From contig JAFYSJ010000026.1 in assembly GCA_017559445.1 (NCBI GenBank), forward strand, positions 1,908 through 65,907: a stretch of 64,000 bases of DNA, given 5' to 3'. This stretch comes from Clostridia bacterium (GTDB lineage: Bacteria > Bacillota > Clostridia > RGIG7378). The notes under the pieces were generated by a model, which had not been told where the DNA came from, made no database searches, and saw only the letters and a program-made list of their open reading frames with translations. Every line of letters begins with the position of its first letter. Within the stretch, counting starts at the first letter, position 1. This document shows, in pieces, positions 10,701 through 19,646 of this stretch. The translations under genes and the position numbers were made by a program.

Positions 10701-11122
10701 TGGCTCAGGAACAGGCTACCGAGGATATTATTAAATATGCTACTGAACAGGCGCTTCGTATTTTGAAGGATATGAATGCCGACCGAGAAAGCTTCCGCAA
10801 AATTGGGCTTACGTTCGAAGAAAAGGCGTTTTATGATATTCTTATGGCGCTCCGCGATGAGTACAACTTTGTTTACGGTGAAAGCAAAAATCTTGGCGGC
10901 GTTGTTATTAACGACAAGTGCAAAAACCTTGCTAAAAAGATTAAGGAGATTATTGATACCAAATCCTCTTTTGCGGATTGGCTTAACAATCAGATTGTAC
11001 GCGATCAACTTAAGTTTGATATTAAGGTTTGCTTGATTAAGAATGGTTACCCTCCTCAGTATAGTCCTGAAGTGTTCCGTAAGGTTATGGAGCAAGTCGA
11101 GAATTTTGAGGAAAATAATTAA
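7793..11122 (+). CDS. hsdR: Type I RM restriction subunit R
   Basis: PD...IELK nuclease motif, GATGCGKT Walker A, DEAHR, FTGTP, TGFDVP, QTISRVNR; ATG at 7793 after GGAGG. Confidence 0.95.
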   Translation: MANLQNYNGRYCESQFEYAFLSFLEAEGWHYLHGNSIPRENKTAVLYADDMEQFLSKTNADLTADEIHQIMDKVRLVGAESEFSTLHTVYGWMVDGVQFVPQSGLARMVALIDFEHPENNIFRAVNQFTVEYINNGQKENRRPDILLYVNGMPLCIIELKNPADANATIFDAYEQITIRYWRDIPHLLHYCPLACISDGVKTRLGTVRTPYEHFYAWRRVNDGDKVSTLPFDELETMIKGVYAPARFLEIFRDYIYFQDREYDSDEKEIVCRYPQFFAARLLKQSIVKSVMEKSGKGGTYFGATGCGKTYTMAFLARQLALRCTDVPEIGSPTIVMIVDREELQKQGAKLFTKSKEFLNLGEVSIVPTRKKLREELGARESGGFYICTIQKFCDREDDKIGLINDRANIICFSDEAHRTQLEHAKTLKFSKDTDENMKAMVSKPYAKVLKEALPNATFVGFTGTPISETYQTFGDEIDRYTMDQAVADGLTVSIKYHPRIAKVLLDQQKVQEIEAYYKKCFDEGATEEDVEASKKAMSSMEVILGEPSRLERLATDIHDHYVAACDNDPNRVQKAMVVCSSRPIAYALLKKFQEKYPEWFIEKKTPDGVNVSTEELNKLKPMPFMAMVASVGKNDEPDLYNYLGGVKNGSRSEELDAAFKQEHSNLRIVIVVDMWITGFDVPSLTYMYNDKPLKKHLLIQTISRVNRKYPGKDYGIIVDYIGIRDNMREAIKVYGGGSSVAPTVDDIEQATEVFREHMEVLKDLFKGYDLAPFLDPEGDPALRYRLLAKAAEYVFISTQELNTQNNSGKNVQKVSFKTYFLKTVKRMRTAYDICQPSGELGEEESALAQCFMAIAGFVRKMSGTSEVDADTMNRYVSKMVEEALKYNEVESVLEDGEQEDIFSPEYFEKLSDVKMPASKLEILVKMLRKQIKEYGKTNQMAAKKFQEMLEETIKQYHERRKHLTAEEAGVAQEQATEDIIKYATEQALRILKDMNADRESFRKIGLTFEEKAFYDILMALRDEYNFVYGESKNLGGVVINDKCKNLAKKIKEIIDTKSSFADWLNNQIVRDQLKFDIKVCLIKNGYPPQYSPEVFRKVMEQVENFEENN

Positions 11123-11138
11123 TCTGATGGGTTAGCAC

Positions 11139-11169
11139 AAAAGGATGGTTCTCGCGAGCCATCTTTTTT
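11139..11169 (+). terminator. Intrinsic terminator of the RM operon
   Basis: AAGGATGGTTC...GAGCCATCTTTTTT hairpin. Confidence 0.7.
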
Positions 11170-11238
11170 CTTCTGCCGATTAGTCCATCTAATTTTTACA
11201 AAAGACACTTTTATGACATAGAAAAGATATGGCGCTTT

Positions 11239-11299
11239 TTCACACCCTGTAAACAATATTTTACACGGATTTTACATCCATTAGATTTCAGATTTTACA
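11239..11299 (+). promoter_or_regulatory. Putative Pho boxes (PhoP direct repeats)
   Basis: TTCACA (11239), TTTACA (11260, 11271, 11294), roughly helically phased, upstream of the Na/Pi transporter-phoPR genes; matches the TT(A/T/C)ACA PhoP consensus. Confidence 0.6.
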
Positions 11300-11348
11300 C
11301 GGCTCATATAAAATGCACATGCATAATTAAAAAGAAAAGGATTTGTAT

Positions 11349-13097
11349 ATGAGCATTTTTAACGTTCTTACATTGATTGGCGGTCTTAGTTTGTTCCTCT
11401 TTGGTATGAACCTCATGGGCGATGCTTTGGAGAGAAGTGCAGGTAGCAGACTTGAATCCATGATTGGCAAGCTGACTACAGGTAAGTTGGCAGGTCTTTT
11501 GACTGGTCTTGGAGTTACAGCTATTATTCAGAGCTCCTCTGCTACAACAGTTATGGTAGTAGGCTTTGTTAACTCTGGCCTTATGAGCTTAAAGCAGGCT
11601 ATCCATGTAATCATGGGTGCTAACGTTGGTACAACAATTACAGCTTGGATCTTGAGCCTTAGTGGTATTTCTGGTAGCAACCTTGTGCTCAAGTTGCTTA
11701 AGCCATCTTCTTTCACTCCTGTTCTCGCTCTTATTGGTGTAATTCTCTTTATGTTCACCAAGAGCACTAAGAAAAAGGATATTGGCGTTGTTCTCCTTGG
11801 ATTTGCAACCTTGATGTTCGGCATGGAGACAATGACAGGTGCTGTAGCAGGACTTAAGAATATCCCTGCATTCCAGGAAATGTTCCTCATGTTCACAAAT
11901 CCTATTTTGGGTGTAATCGTTGGTGCTGTTTTGACAGCTATTATTCAGAGCTCTTCTGCTTCTGTTGGTATTTTGCAGGCATTGGCTGCAACAGGCGCAG
12001 TATCTTATGCAGCTGCTATCCCGATCATCATGGGTCAGAACATTGGTACTTGCGTAACAGCTATGATCTCTTCTGTAGGTGCAACTAGAAATGCTAAGAG
12101 AGCAGCTCTTGTTCACTTGTCCTTTAACGTAATCGGAACCGTTGTTTGCTTGATTGTGTTTGTAGCAGTTAAGGCTCTTTTGGCACCAGTGCTTTTGACA
12201 GAGTCTGCCACATACGCAGGTATTGCAACTGCTCACTCCATCTTCAACATCGCATGTACATTCCTCTTGTTGCCAATGGCTGGCCTTTTGGAGAAGCTTG
12301 CATACAGACTTGTTCCAGAGTCTGCTCAGAAGGATGCTATTTCCGAGTTGGACGACAGATTGCTTGTTACTCCTGCAATCGCTCTTGAGCGTGCGCACCA
12401 CCTCACTTTCGAAATGGCAAAGACAGCTACAGATGCCCTTAAGAACAGTGTTAGTTGCCTTGTAAATTACGACAAGGAAAAGGCCCAGTCTGTTAAGGAT
12501 GCAGAGGATAAGACTGACCACATGGAGGATATTATCGGAAGCTATTTGGTTAAGCTCAGCACCAAGAGACTTAACGAAACAGAAGGTGCTACAGCATCCA
12601 TGCTTCTTAAGGCTATCGGTGATTTGGAACGTATTTCAGACCATGCAGTTAACATCTTGGAGTCTGCAGAGGAAATGAGAGAAAAGGGCATTGTTTTCTC
12701 CGACCAGGCAAAGGTAGAGATGGATTCTCTCTGCTCAGCAACTCTTGAGATCGTAGACCTTTCTTACACAGCATTTGTTAACGGTAGCTCCGAGCAGGCC
12801 ACATTGGTTGAGCCACTTGAGCAGGTTATCGACAGAATGAAGGGTCTCTTGAGATCTAGACATATCGACAGACTCAGAACAGGTAGCTGCGGTATCGAGG
12901 CAGGCTTTGTATGGAACGATCTCATTACTAATATGGAGAGAGTTTCTGACCACTGCTCCAACATCGCAGGTGAGGTTATTGACTCCAACGACCGCAACTT
13001 GAACATTCACGAATCCCTCAAGGTTATGAGAAGCGATAGTGAATTCTATAGAGAAAGATATACTGAGTACACTAAGAAATATCTTTCTTTTGTATAA
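11349..13097 (+). CDS. Na+/phosphate cotransporter with C-terminal PhoU domains
   Basis: Duplicated QSSSA...G(A/Q)N(V/I)GT motifs; two PhoU repeats (DLERISDHAVNI, NMERVSDHCSNIA). Confidence 0.92.
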   Translation: MSIFNVLTLIGGLSLFLFGMNLMGDALERSAGSRLESMIGKLTTGKLAGLLTGLGVTAIIQSSSATTVMVVGFVNSGLMSLKQAIHVIMGANVGTTITAWILSLSGISGSNLVLKLLKPSSFTPVLALIGVILFMFTKSTKKKDIGVVLLGFATLMFGMETMTGAVAGLKNIPAFQEMFLMFTNPILGVIVGAVLTAIIQSSSASVGILQALAATGAVSYAAAIPIIMGQNIGTCVTAMISSVGATRNAKRAALVHLSFNVIGTVVCLIVFVAVKALLAPVLLTESATYAGIATAHSIFNIACTFLLLPMAGLLEKLAYRLVPESAQKDAISELDDRLLVTPAIALERAHHLTFEMAKTATDALKNSVSCLVNYDKEKAQSVKDAEDKTDHMEDIIGSYLVKLSTKRLNETEGATASMLLKAIGDLERISDHAVNILESAEEMREKGIVFSDQAKVEMDSLCSATLEIVDLSYTAFVNGSSEQATLVEPLEQVIDRMKGLLRSRHIDRLRTGSCGIEAGFVWNDLITNMERVSDHCSNIAGEVIDSNDRNLNIHESLKVMRSDSEFYRERYTEYTKKYLSFV

Positions 13098-13181
13098 CAA
13101 AACTTAAAACTAGTAAGTAAAGCTCAGCCGTGATATTCTGTGAATGATGCGACTGAGCTAACTTTTTATAAGGAGAAAATT

Positions 13182-13856
13182 ATGATTTGGTGTGTAGATG
13201 ACGACAACACTATTCGTGACATAGAGGTCTATACTTTGGAGCAGACAGGATTTGAGGCCCGTGGTTTTGCCGACGGCATGTCCATGCTTAATGCTCTCAA
13301 AACAGAGACTCCCGACCTTATTATCCTTGACGTTATGATGCCAGGCATGGACGGCATGGAGGTCCTGCGAAAGATTAGATCAGACGAAAACAACAAGGAC
13401 ATTCCCGTCATTATGGCAACTGCCAAGGGAACAGAAATGGACAAGATAACTGGACTTAACTTGGGAGCTGACGATTATCTCGTTAAGCCCTTTGGCGTTA
13501 TGGAAATGGTGGCCAGAGTTAAGGCTATTTTGCGCAGAACATCTAAGGCAGTTTCCGTAGAGGAGTACAAGGTGGGCAGCATCACCTTGCGTGAAAACGA
13601 GCACAAGGTGTATGTGGATGGAGTTAAGGTAGAACTCACACATAAGGAGTTCGATTTGCTCAAGCTTTTCATGAAGAACCCACATAAGGTTTTCTCAAGA
13701 GATAAGATAATGAGCGCCATTTGGGACACAGAATACGTGGGCGAAACTCGTACAGTGGATATGCATATTAAGACCCTCCGCCAGAAGTTAGGCGTTTCTG
13801 GTTCCCAGATTAAGACTGTAATTGGTGTTGGATATAGGCTGGAGAGCGAAAGATGA
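13182..13856 (+). CDS. OmpR/PhoB-family response regulator (PhoP-like)
   Basis: VDDD, LDVMMPGMDG, GADDYLVKPF, TRTVDMHIKTLRQKL; ATG at 13182 after AGGAG. Confidence 0.9.
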   Translation: MIWCVDDDNTIRDIEVYTLEQTGFEARGFADGMSMLNALKTETPDLIILDVMMPGMDGMEVLRKIRSDENNKDIPVIMATAKGTEMDKITGLNLGADDYLVKPFGVMEMVARVKAILRRTSKAVSVEEYKVGSITLRENEHKVYVDGVKVELTHKEFDLLKLFMKNPHKVFSRDKIMSAIWDTEYVGETRTVDMHIKTLRQKLGVSGSQIKTVIGVGYRLESER

Positions 13857-15502
13857 CCAAAAAGATATTCAAATCCATATTCATAGTAGTGCTGGTAGTG
13901 CTTTTGGCCAGCATTAGCTTGGCAACATCCTTTATTTATGACTCCTTTAACAGGTCTCAGGTTGACCAGCTTAAGGAGGAGCTTGCCCTTGTTGCCAATG
14001 GTGTTAACTTATCTGGCACCAAGTATTTCGACAATTTCCATAGCAATAGCGTTTTCCGTTTTACTGTGGTGGATGCTAATGGAGAAGTTGTTTTTGACAC
14101 TAAGGTAGACCCCTCTTCCTTGGAAAATCACAAGGACAGAGAAGAGATTAAGGAGGCCTTAGAAACAGGTGCAGGAAGCAGTGCCAGAAGGTCCGATACA
14201 TTTACCGAAAAGACATACTACGAGGCAGTCCTCCTTGAGGATGGCAACGTATTGAGAGTATCTGTTAGCCAGCAGACTGTGTGGTCCTTGTTGGTGGACA
14301 TGTCCCCCTATATTATCGTTACACTTTTGGTGGCCGCTGCAGTTACATCTGTGCTTTCCCATGGAATGGCAAGCAAAATTACCGAGCCCCTTATGCAGTT
14401 GAACTTAGACAACCCGACACAAAACGACACATACGAGGAATTGACTCCCATCCTCGTAAAGATCCATAAGCAGCACAAGCAGATTAAGAATCAGATGGAG
14501 ACTCTGCGTCACAAGACTGAGGAGTTCGAGCAGGTTGTTTCAGCCATGACAGAAGGACTTGTTCTGTTGGATGAGCACGGCATGGTTATCAAGATGAACG
14601 CCTCTGCAAGGCAGATTTTCGCAGTTAAAAATTTTGCTGAGGGTAGCGATTTCCTCATGGTGGACAGAACTAGCAAAATGAGCAAGTCCATTTGGGAGGC
14701 ATTGGAAGGTCAGCGCAGCGAGTACGTGGAGCAGCGCAACGGACTGGAGTACCAGTTTACGATTAACCCCATTTGGTCAGGGGACAAGGTTTTGGGCGTG
14801 GTAATTCTTGCCTTTGATATTACCGAGAGGGTATTTGCGGAGCGCAATCGCAAGGAGTTTACAGCCAACGTAACTCACGAGCTCAAGACACCTCTCCAGA
14901 CTATTATCGGAAGCGCAGAACTTCTGGAGACAGGTCTTGTTAAGCTAGAGGACACACCTAGATTCGTAGGTAATATCCGTAAGGAAGCCAAGAGACTGGT
15001 GCACCTTATTAACGACATAATCCGACTTTCACAGCTGGATGAAAACCAAAGCCCTGCCATGGAGAGTGTTGACCTGGTTGAGGTTACCAACGAGGTGCTG
15101 GATGTTCTGACAGATACAGCAGAACAAAAGAAGGTGACCTTGGAAGTTCAGGGCAATGCAGAGCCTATTATGGGCGTTCGCAGATATGTGTATGAGATCA
15201 TGTACAATCTGTGTGAAAATGCCATTAGGTATAACAAGGAAGGCGGCTCTGTGACCGTAGGACTTGCCATGAAAGATGGCCATTCCGTCGTTACTGTAAA
15301 GGATACAGGAATAGGAATCCCAGTGGAGGATCAGCCCAGAATCTTTGAGAGATTTTACCGCGTGGACAAGAGTCATTCTAAGGAAACAGGCGGCACAGGC
15401 TTGGGATTGTCCATTGTAAAGCACGCCTTATTGTTCCATAAGGCAACTGTTTCTCTGGATAGCGAAGTAGGAAAGGGTACAACTTTCACAATAAAATTTT
15501 GA
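13853..15502 (+). CDS. PhoR-like sensor histidine kinase (PAS, HisKA, HATPase)
   Basis: THELKTPL H-box, NLCENAIRYN, DTGIGIP, FERFYRVDKS, GTGLGL. Confidence 0.92.
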   Translation: MTKKIFKSIFIVVLVVLLASISLATSFIYDSFNRSQVDQLKEELALVANGVNLSGTKYFDNFHSNSVFRFTVVDANGEVVFDTKVDPSSLENHKDREEIKEALETGAGSSARRSDTFTEKTYYEAVLLEDGNVLRVSVSQQTVWSLLVDMSPYIIVTLLVAAAVTSVLSHGMASKITEPLMQLNLDNPTQNDTYEELTPILVKIHKQHKQIKNQMETLRHKTEEFEQVVSAMTEGLVLLDEHGMVIKMNASARQIFAVKNFAEGSDFLMVDRTSKMSKSIWEALEGQRSEYVEQRNGLEYQFTINPIWSGDKVLGVVILAFDITERVFAERNRKEFTANVTHELKTPLQTIIGSAELLETGLVKLEDTPRFVGNIRKEAKRLVHLINDIIRLSQLDENQSPAMESVDLVEVTNEVLDVLTDTAEQKKVTLEVQGNAEPIMGVRRYVYEIMYNLCENAIRYNKEGGSVTVGLAMKDGHSVVTVKDTGIGIPVEDQPRIFERFYRVDKSHSKETGGTGLGLSIVKHALLFHKATVSLDSEVGKGTTFTIKF

Positions 15503-15572
15503 AAAACCTCTTTACCGTACCAAAATGGTAGTGTATAATAGAACCATACTCAGGAGAGGGGATTAAAATCGT

Positions 15573-16190
15573 ATGGATCAGAGATTTTATATTTGTGAGC
15601 ATTGTGGCAAGATGGTAGCTCTCGTTAAGGAGAGCGGAGTTCCAGTTATGTGCTGTGGACAGAAGATGAATGAGATTATTCCAGGCACAACAGAGGCAAG
15701 CCTTGAGAAACATTTGCCTGTATATTTTGTAGATGGCAACATGGTACACGTTTCAGTTGGTGAGGTAGAGCACCCCATGACTCCTGAACACTACATTGAG
15801 TGGGTATCCATTCAGACAAATGCTGGCAACCAGCGCAAGATGCTTAAGCCTGGGGATAAGCCACAGGTATCCTTTGCACTCTGCGAGGGCGAGAAGTTGG
15901 AGGCTGTATATGCTTACTGCAATCTCCACAGCCTTTGGAAGACAGATTACCAGGAGGAGCTTGTATGCGACCTTCAGCCAGTAGATACCAAGACATTGGA
16001 GAACTATGTAGTTTGCAAGTGCAACAACGTTAGCTATTTCGATATTTTGGATGCAATTCAGGGCAACAGCAATATCACTGATTTACTTGCAGTATTCGAC
16101 AAGGTTAAGGAGACAACTAAGTGCTCCACAGGCTGTGGCGGCTGCTATGATAAGGTAATTAAGATTATCTCTGAAACAATGAATAGATAA
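15573..16190 (+). CDS. Desulfoferrodoxin/superoxide reductase fused to a C-terminal BFD-like [2Fe-2S] domain
   Basis: CEHC...CC desulforedoxin site; EKH, HPM..EHYI and CNLH SOR ligands; CKC...CSTGCGGC BFD motif. Confidence 0.85.
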   Translation: MDQRFYICEHCGKMVALVKESGVPVMCCGQKMNEIIPGTTEASLEKHLPVYFVDGNMVHVSVGEVEHPMTPEHYIEWVSIQTNAGNQRKMLKPGDKPQVSFALCEGEKLEAVYAYCNLHSLWKTDYQEELVCDLQPVDTKTLENYVVCKCNNVSYFDILDAIQGNSNITDLLAVFDKVKETTKCSTGCGGCYDKVIKIISETMNR

Positions 16191-16208
16191 ATAAGACTTT
16201 TAGTCAAG

Positions 16209-16245
16209 AACAAGAATGGGGTGTAAAAACACCCTTTTCTTGTTT
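16209..16245 (+). terminator. Intrinsic terminator
   Basis: AACAAGAATGGGGTG...CACCCTTTTCTTGTT hairpin. Confidence 0.65.
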
Positions 16246-16298
16246 CTGTTAGTAACTAGGCTGTTTGCTTTTCAACAAAAATGGGAAGAATCCCAAAA

Positions 16299-16324
16299 AG
16301 CCGATAGGAATATTCCTATCGGCT
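16299..16324 (-). terminator. Terminator-like perfect palindrome downstream of the AbiEii-like gene
   Basis: AGCCGATAGGAATATTCCTATCGGCT preceded by an A-run (T-run on the minus strand). Confidence 0.6.
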
Positions 16325-16361
16325 AAATGCAGTTATTTGGTATTATCTTACAAGGCCATGT

Positions 16362-17081
16362 TTATTTCGGAAGAACGTCTTTTATATATGCATTAACGCT
16401 ATGGTATACTTCTTCAAAGTTAGGTTTATTAACACCGCCGGCAAAACGGAATTTTTCGTAGGAATGCTTTAAATCTTCAGACCTGTGGAGAAAACCATTG
16501 AAATCTTCTAAGGCTCTTTCGCTATTTTTCAAAGTTTGAAGAACTTCGGTGACGTTAAATTCAAATACTTTTGAGATATAATATAAATCTATAACATCCT
16601 TAATACGACGAAATACCTTATCAGTGGAGATTGCCGCAACCTTATCTGCAATCATTTGAGAAGGAGATACACCACAAAAGCGAAGACCTTCTACTTCGTA
16701 GATTTTTGTAGGAGCTATCGGTCGGTTTACATCCACATCCATAGTGAAAAGAGTTTCCTCAGTTTCACGGTTAATTAGCTCGAGACCGGCAGAACGTTTT
16801 TCACCATACATTCTGTAAATCTTAACTTCAAGATTAACACCACTTTTGTCGATTGCTTTTTGCAAAGAATCTTCCATCTGTTTCGAAGTAGGGGGAGTAT
16901 CAGAGTTCCAGTTGGCATCAATATCTACGGTGTGGCGGGTATCATCATTATACCCCGCTTCAAGCAAACAAGCCTTTAAAACCATGGAGCCCTTAAAACT
17001 GATAGGGATTCCACTGTCATAGATGGCTTTCATAACCTTATACATTATTTTTTCTTCTACTGTTAAATTCAAAAGAATCAC
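16362..17081 (-). CDS. AbiEii/AbiGii-family nucleotidyltransferase toxin
   Basis: FKGSMVL...RHTVDID (GS/DxD pol-beta NTase motif), ADKV, RIKDVIDLY. Confidence 0.8.
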   Translation of the reverse strand: MILLNLTVEEKIMYKVMKAIYDSGIPISFKGSMVLKACLLEAGYNDDTRHTVDIDANWNSDTPPTSKQMEDSLQKAIDKSGVNLEVKIYRMYGEKRSAGLELINRETEETLFTMDVDVNRPIAPTKIYEVEGLRFCGVSPSQMIADKVAAISTDKVFRRIKDVIDLYYISKVFEFNVTEVLQTLKNSERALEDFNGFLHRSEDLKHSYEKFRFAGGVNKPNFEEVYHSVNAYIKDVLPK

Positions 17082-17082
17082 C

Positions 17083-17733
17083 TCAACTTCCGTAATATTC
17101 TATTGCTTCATTTGCTAACATTTCGAATCTATCTTGATATTCAGGAGAGATAAAAATACCGTCGAAACTATCACCATTTGCATAATAATAGCGGCTTAAG
17201 GCTTCGGTTATTCCTTGCATATCTAAAATAGCCTCGTTAGTAAAAGCGTCAAATACCGTTCGGTTGAAGTCGGTATAGAGCAACCCATTTCGACTCTTAA
17301 TATGGCGAGAACCAATGTGATTTCCCAATACAACCACACCATTAAACTGTGTAACACTGTCTTCGCCATAAACCCAAACAACGTATTCATCGTTACGACC
17401 ACCGAAACTACCTTGACACATAAGTGCTTCGTCTAAAGCGAATACTACCGATTCTCCTAAACAGTCTCTCACAGCCTTGAGCCAAGAGAGCGCGCCTACG
17501 TAATCACTACGCTTAGGAAGATTGCGCTTTTGTGGATCATACTTGGGTAGTGTTGTAGTTTTGTGGTTAATCAAGTCGTTCTTTATGCGTTGCTCCAATA
17601 AGGTAATAATATATTCAGGTGGAGTGCGCTTACCTGTTTCCCAATTTTGAACAGTACGAAAGGGAATGCTATATCGTGCAGCAAATTCACTTTGAGTAAC
17701 TCCTAGCTTTGTTCTCATTTCACGAATGTTCAT
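17083..17733 (-). CDS. XRE-HTH protein, probable cognate antitoxin
   Basis: N-terminal HTH (TQSEFA...TVQNWETG); C-terminal TDFNRTVFD resembles the AbiEi T.xERT.xD motif; ends 1 bp before the toxin start. Confidence 0.7.
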   Translation of the reverse strand: MNIREMRTKLGVTQSEFAARYSIPFRTVQNWETGKRTPPEYIITLLEQRIKNDLINHKTTTLPKYDPQKRNLPKRSDYVGALSWLKAVRDCLGESVVFALDEALMCQGSFGGRNDEYVVWVYGEDSVTQFNGVVVLGNHIGSRHIKSRNGLLYTDFNRTVFDAFTNEAILDMQGITEALSRYYYANGDSFDGIFISPEYQDRFEMLANEAIEYYGS

Positions 17734-17751
17734 ATCCTCACCTCACCATGA

Positions 17752-17774
17752 TTATACACCCAATGGGTGTATAA
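17752..17774. promoter_or_regulatory. Operator palindrome over the TA promoter
   Basis: TTATACACCC-AAT-GGGTGTATAA perfect 10-bp inverted repeat overlapping a minus-strand TATAAT. Confidence 0.7.
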
Positions 17775-17931
17775 GTCGATAGTTTTTACAAAACAAATAA
17801 AAATATACATTTTTATTGAAACGCTTTGCAGAAATGAAGTTCCATTGCTTATTTGTTTAGAAGTTGGGTTAAAAGAAACTCGTGCTACATTTTTAACACG
17901 AGTTCATGGAAAGGAGTGTTTCCTTTTTTAT

Positions 17932-19302
17932 TTATAGCTGATCTGCTAGAACTTTTCGCTTTTCCCATTTTCCACTTAAGAAGTAGATACAGCTTGGGAT
18001 GGCAGTTCCGTATGTGGCCAATGCGTATCCAAGAACGAATCCGTAGAAGCCCCAACCAAGCGCGATACCAAATAGCCAGCTAAGTCCAATTCTAAGCACT
18101 ACGCCGTCCAACATCGCAAGGACTAATCCTAAGTAGGCGTTACCAATACCCTGTATAAAGGCGAATGTGCCTCTCATAATGGTAAGGGCCGGCATCATCC
18201 ACAGGATAGCCTGAATAAATGTGTGTGACATCTCGTGAACCAGTGGGTCGTCAGAGAACATCATAAAGAGTTGCTTGCCCATTGTGAGGTAGATTGTCAT
18301 GCAGATAACTGTCAATGCGCCTGCGAAAATCCAGGAGCAGTAAACAGTTTTCTTAGCTCTGTCATTCTTGCCAGCGGCAATATTCTGGGCAACGATTGGC
18401 ATAGCAGCAAATTGGATGCCCTGAGAAATTTTGCTAAAAATATCGTCGATACGCACGCCAACTCCAAATGTGGCAGATGCAACAACGCTAATGCTGTTAA
18501 CAAGGGAGTTAACGAACATCATGGAAATGTTAATGCATCCAGCCTGAATAGCCATGGGCAATCCCTGATTAAAAATAAGGCGAACGTAGTTGAACTTAGG
18601 AATAAAGCTGGACAACTTAAAGTCAAAGCCAAATGCTTCTCTGTGCTTGAACAAGTAGTACAAGGAGAACAGGAAGGAAACACCCTGACCGATGATTGTA
18701 GCCCATGCAGCGCCTGCAACCTTCATATCCAAGAATCCTGTGAAGATAATGTCCAATACAAGGTTAACAACAGTTGCAATACCAATAAAGAGAAGAGGTC
18801 TCTTGGAATCTCCCATTCCACGAAGAACAGCAGAAACCATGTTGTATCCAGCAGTGAAGAAAAGTCCGCATCCGCAGATGATCAAATAATCCATGGACAT
18901 GGCATAGGACTCTGTAGGCATGTTCATTACATCCAAAATCCATGTTCTAGCGAAAAGGATTACGACGGAAAGTACAATTCCCATTGCAGAGATTAGGGAG
19001 AAAAGTGTTCCGATGATCTGGTTAAGCTCCTTGCGTTTTTGGGAACCAATAGCATGGGCAACGAGAATCTGTCCTGCGTTGGAAAAGCCAAGGCACATCA
19101 TGGTGGCAAAGTTTAGAATAAGACTGCTCTGGTAAACGGCAGAAAGTCCTGCTGTACCAACGAATTTGCCAACGATAACCATATCGATGGTGCTGTATAG
19201 AACCTGAAGTGCGTTTGCTGCCATGAATGGAATAGACATGGTTATGAGGAAACGCCATATGCTACCTTGTGTAAAATCTTTGGATAAGTGTTTTTTGGAC
19301 AT
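17932..19302 (-). CDS. MATE family efflux transporter
   Basis: DMVIVGKFVG, LRGMGDSKRPL, NLVLD, GAAWAT; about 12 TM segments. Confidence 0.92.
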   Translation of the reverse strand: MSKKHLSKDFTQGSIWRFLITMSIPFMAANALQVLYSTIDMVIVGKFVGTAGLSAVYQSSLILNFATMMCLGFSNAGQILVAHAIGSQKRKELNQIIGTLFSLISAMGIVLSVVILFARTWILDVMNMPTESYAMSMDYLIICGCGLFFTAGYNMVSAVLRGMGDSKRPLLFIGIATVVNLVLDIIFTGFLDMKVAGAAWATIIGQGVSFLFSLYYLFKHREAFGFDFKLSSFIPKFNYVRLIFNQGLPMAIQAGCINISMMFVNSLVNSISVVASATFGVGVRIDDIFSKISQGIQFAAMPIVAQNIAAGKNDRAKKTVYCSWIFAGALTVICMTIYLTMGKQLFMMFSDDPLVHEMSHTFIQAILWMMPALTIMRGTFAFIQGIGNAYLGLVLAMLDGVVLRIGLSWLFGIALGWGFYGFVLGYALATYGTAIPSCIYFLSGKWEKRKVLADQL

Positions 19303-19319
19303 TTATTATACCTCTGGGT

Positions 19320-19550
19320 TAGTGAGCCGCTGCGCTAGTAGCCGCCTTCGGCTAGTGAGCCGCTACGCTAGTAGTCGCACCGTTGGTGCTAGTGAGCCGC
19401 TACGCTAGTAGTCGCTGCGCTAGTGAACCGCAACTGCGTTGCTAGTAGGCCGCCTTCGGCTAGTGAGCCACGAGCAAAGCTCGTTAGTGAGCCGCTGCGC
19501 TAGTAGTCGCTGCGCTAGTGAGCCGCTACGCTAGTAGTCGCTGCGCTAGT
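19320..19550 (+). repeat. Modular linker/mini-hairpin array 1 (13 modules)
   Basis: TAGTGA(G/A)CC or TAGTAG(G)(T/C)C linkers alternate with hairpins GCTGCGC, GCTACGC, GCCTTCGGC, GCACCGTTGGTGC, GCAACTGCGTTGC, ACGAGCAAAGCTCGT. Confidence 0.95.
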
Positions 19551-19646
19551 TAATGCGCGTGCGCGCAGTATTATATTGCAGATTTTACGAAAAATCCAAC
19601 ATTTTGACATGTTTTTATGGCATTTCGTCGCGATATTTAATAAAAC

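Noticed and set aside
1640-11230. RM locus as an integrative element with att sites
   Set aside because: There is an excisionase-like HTH, but I found no integrase and no convincing flanking direct repeats by eye.
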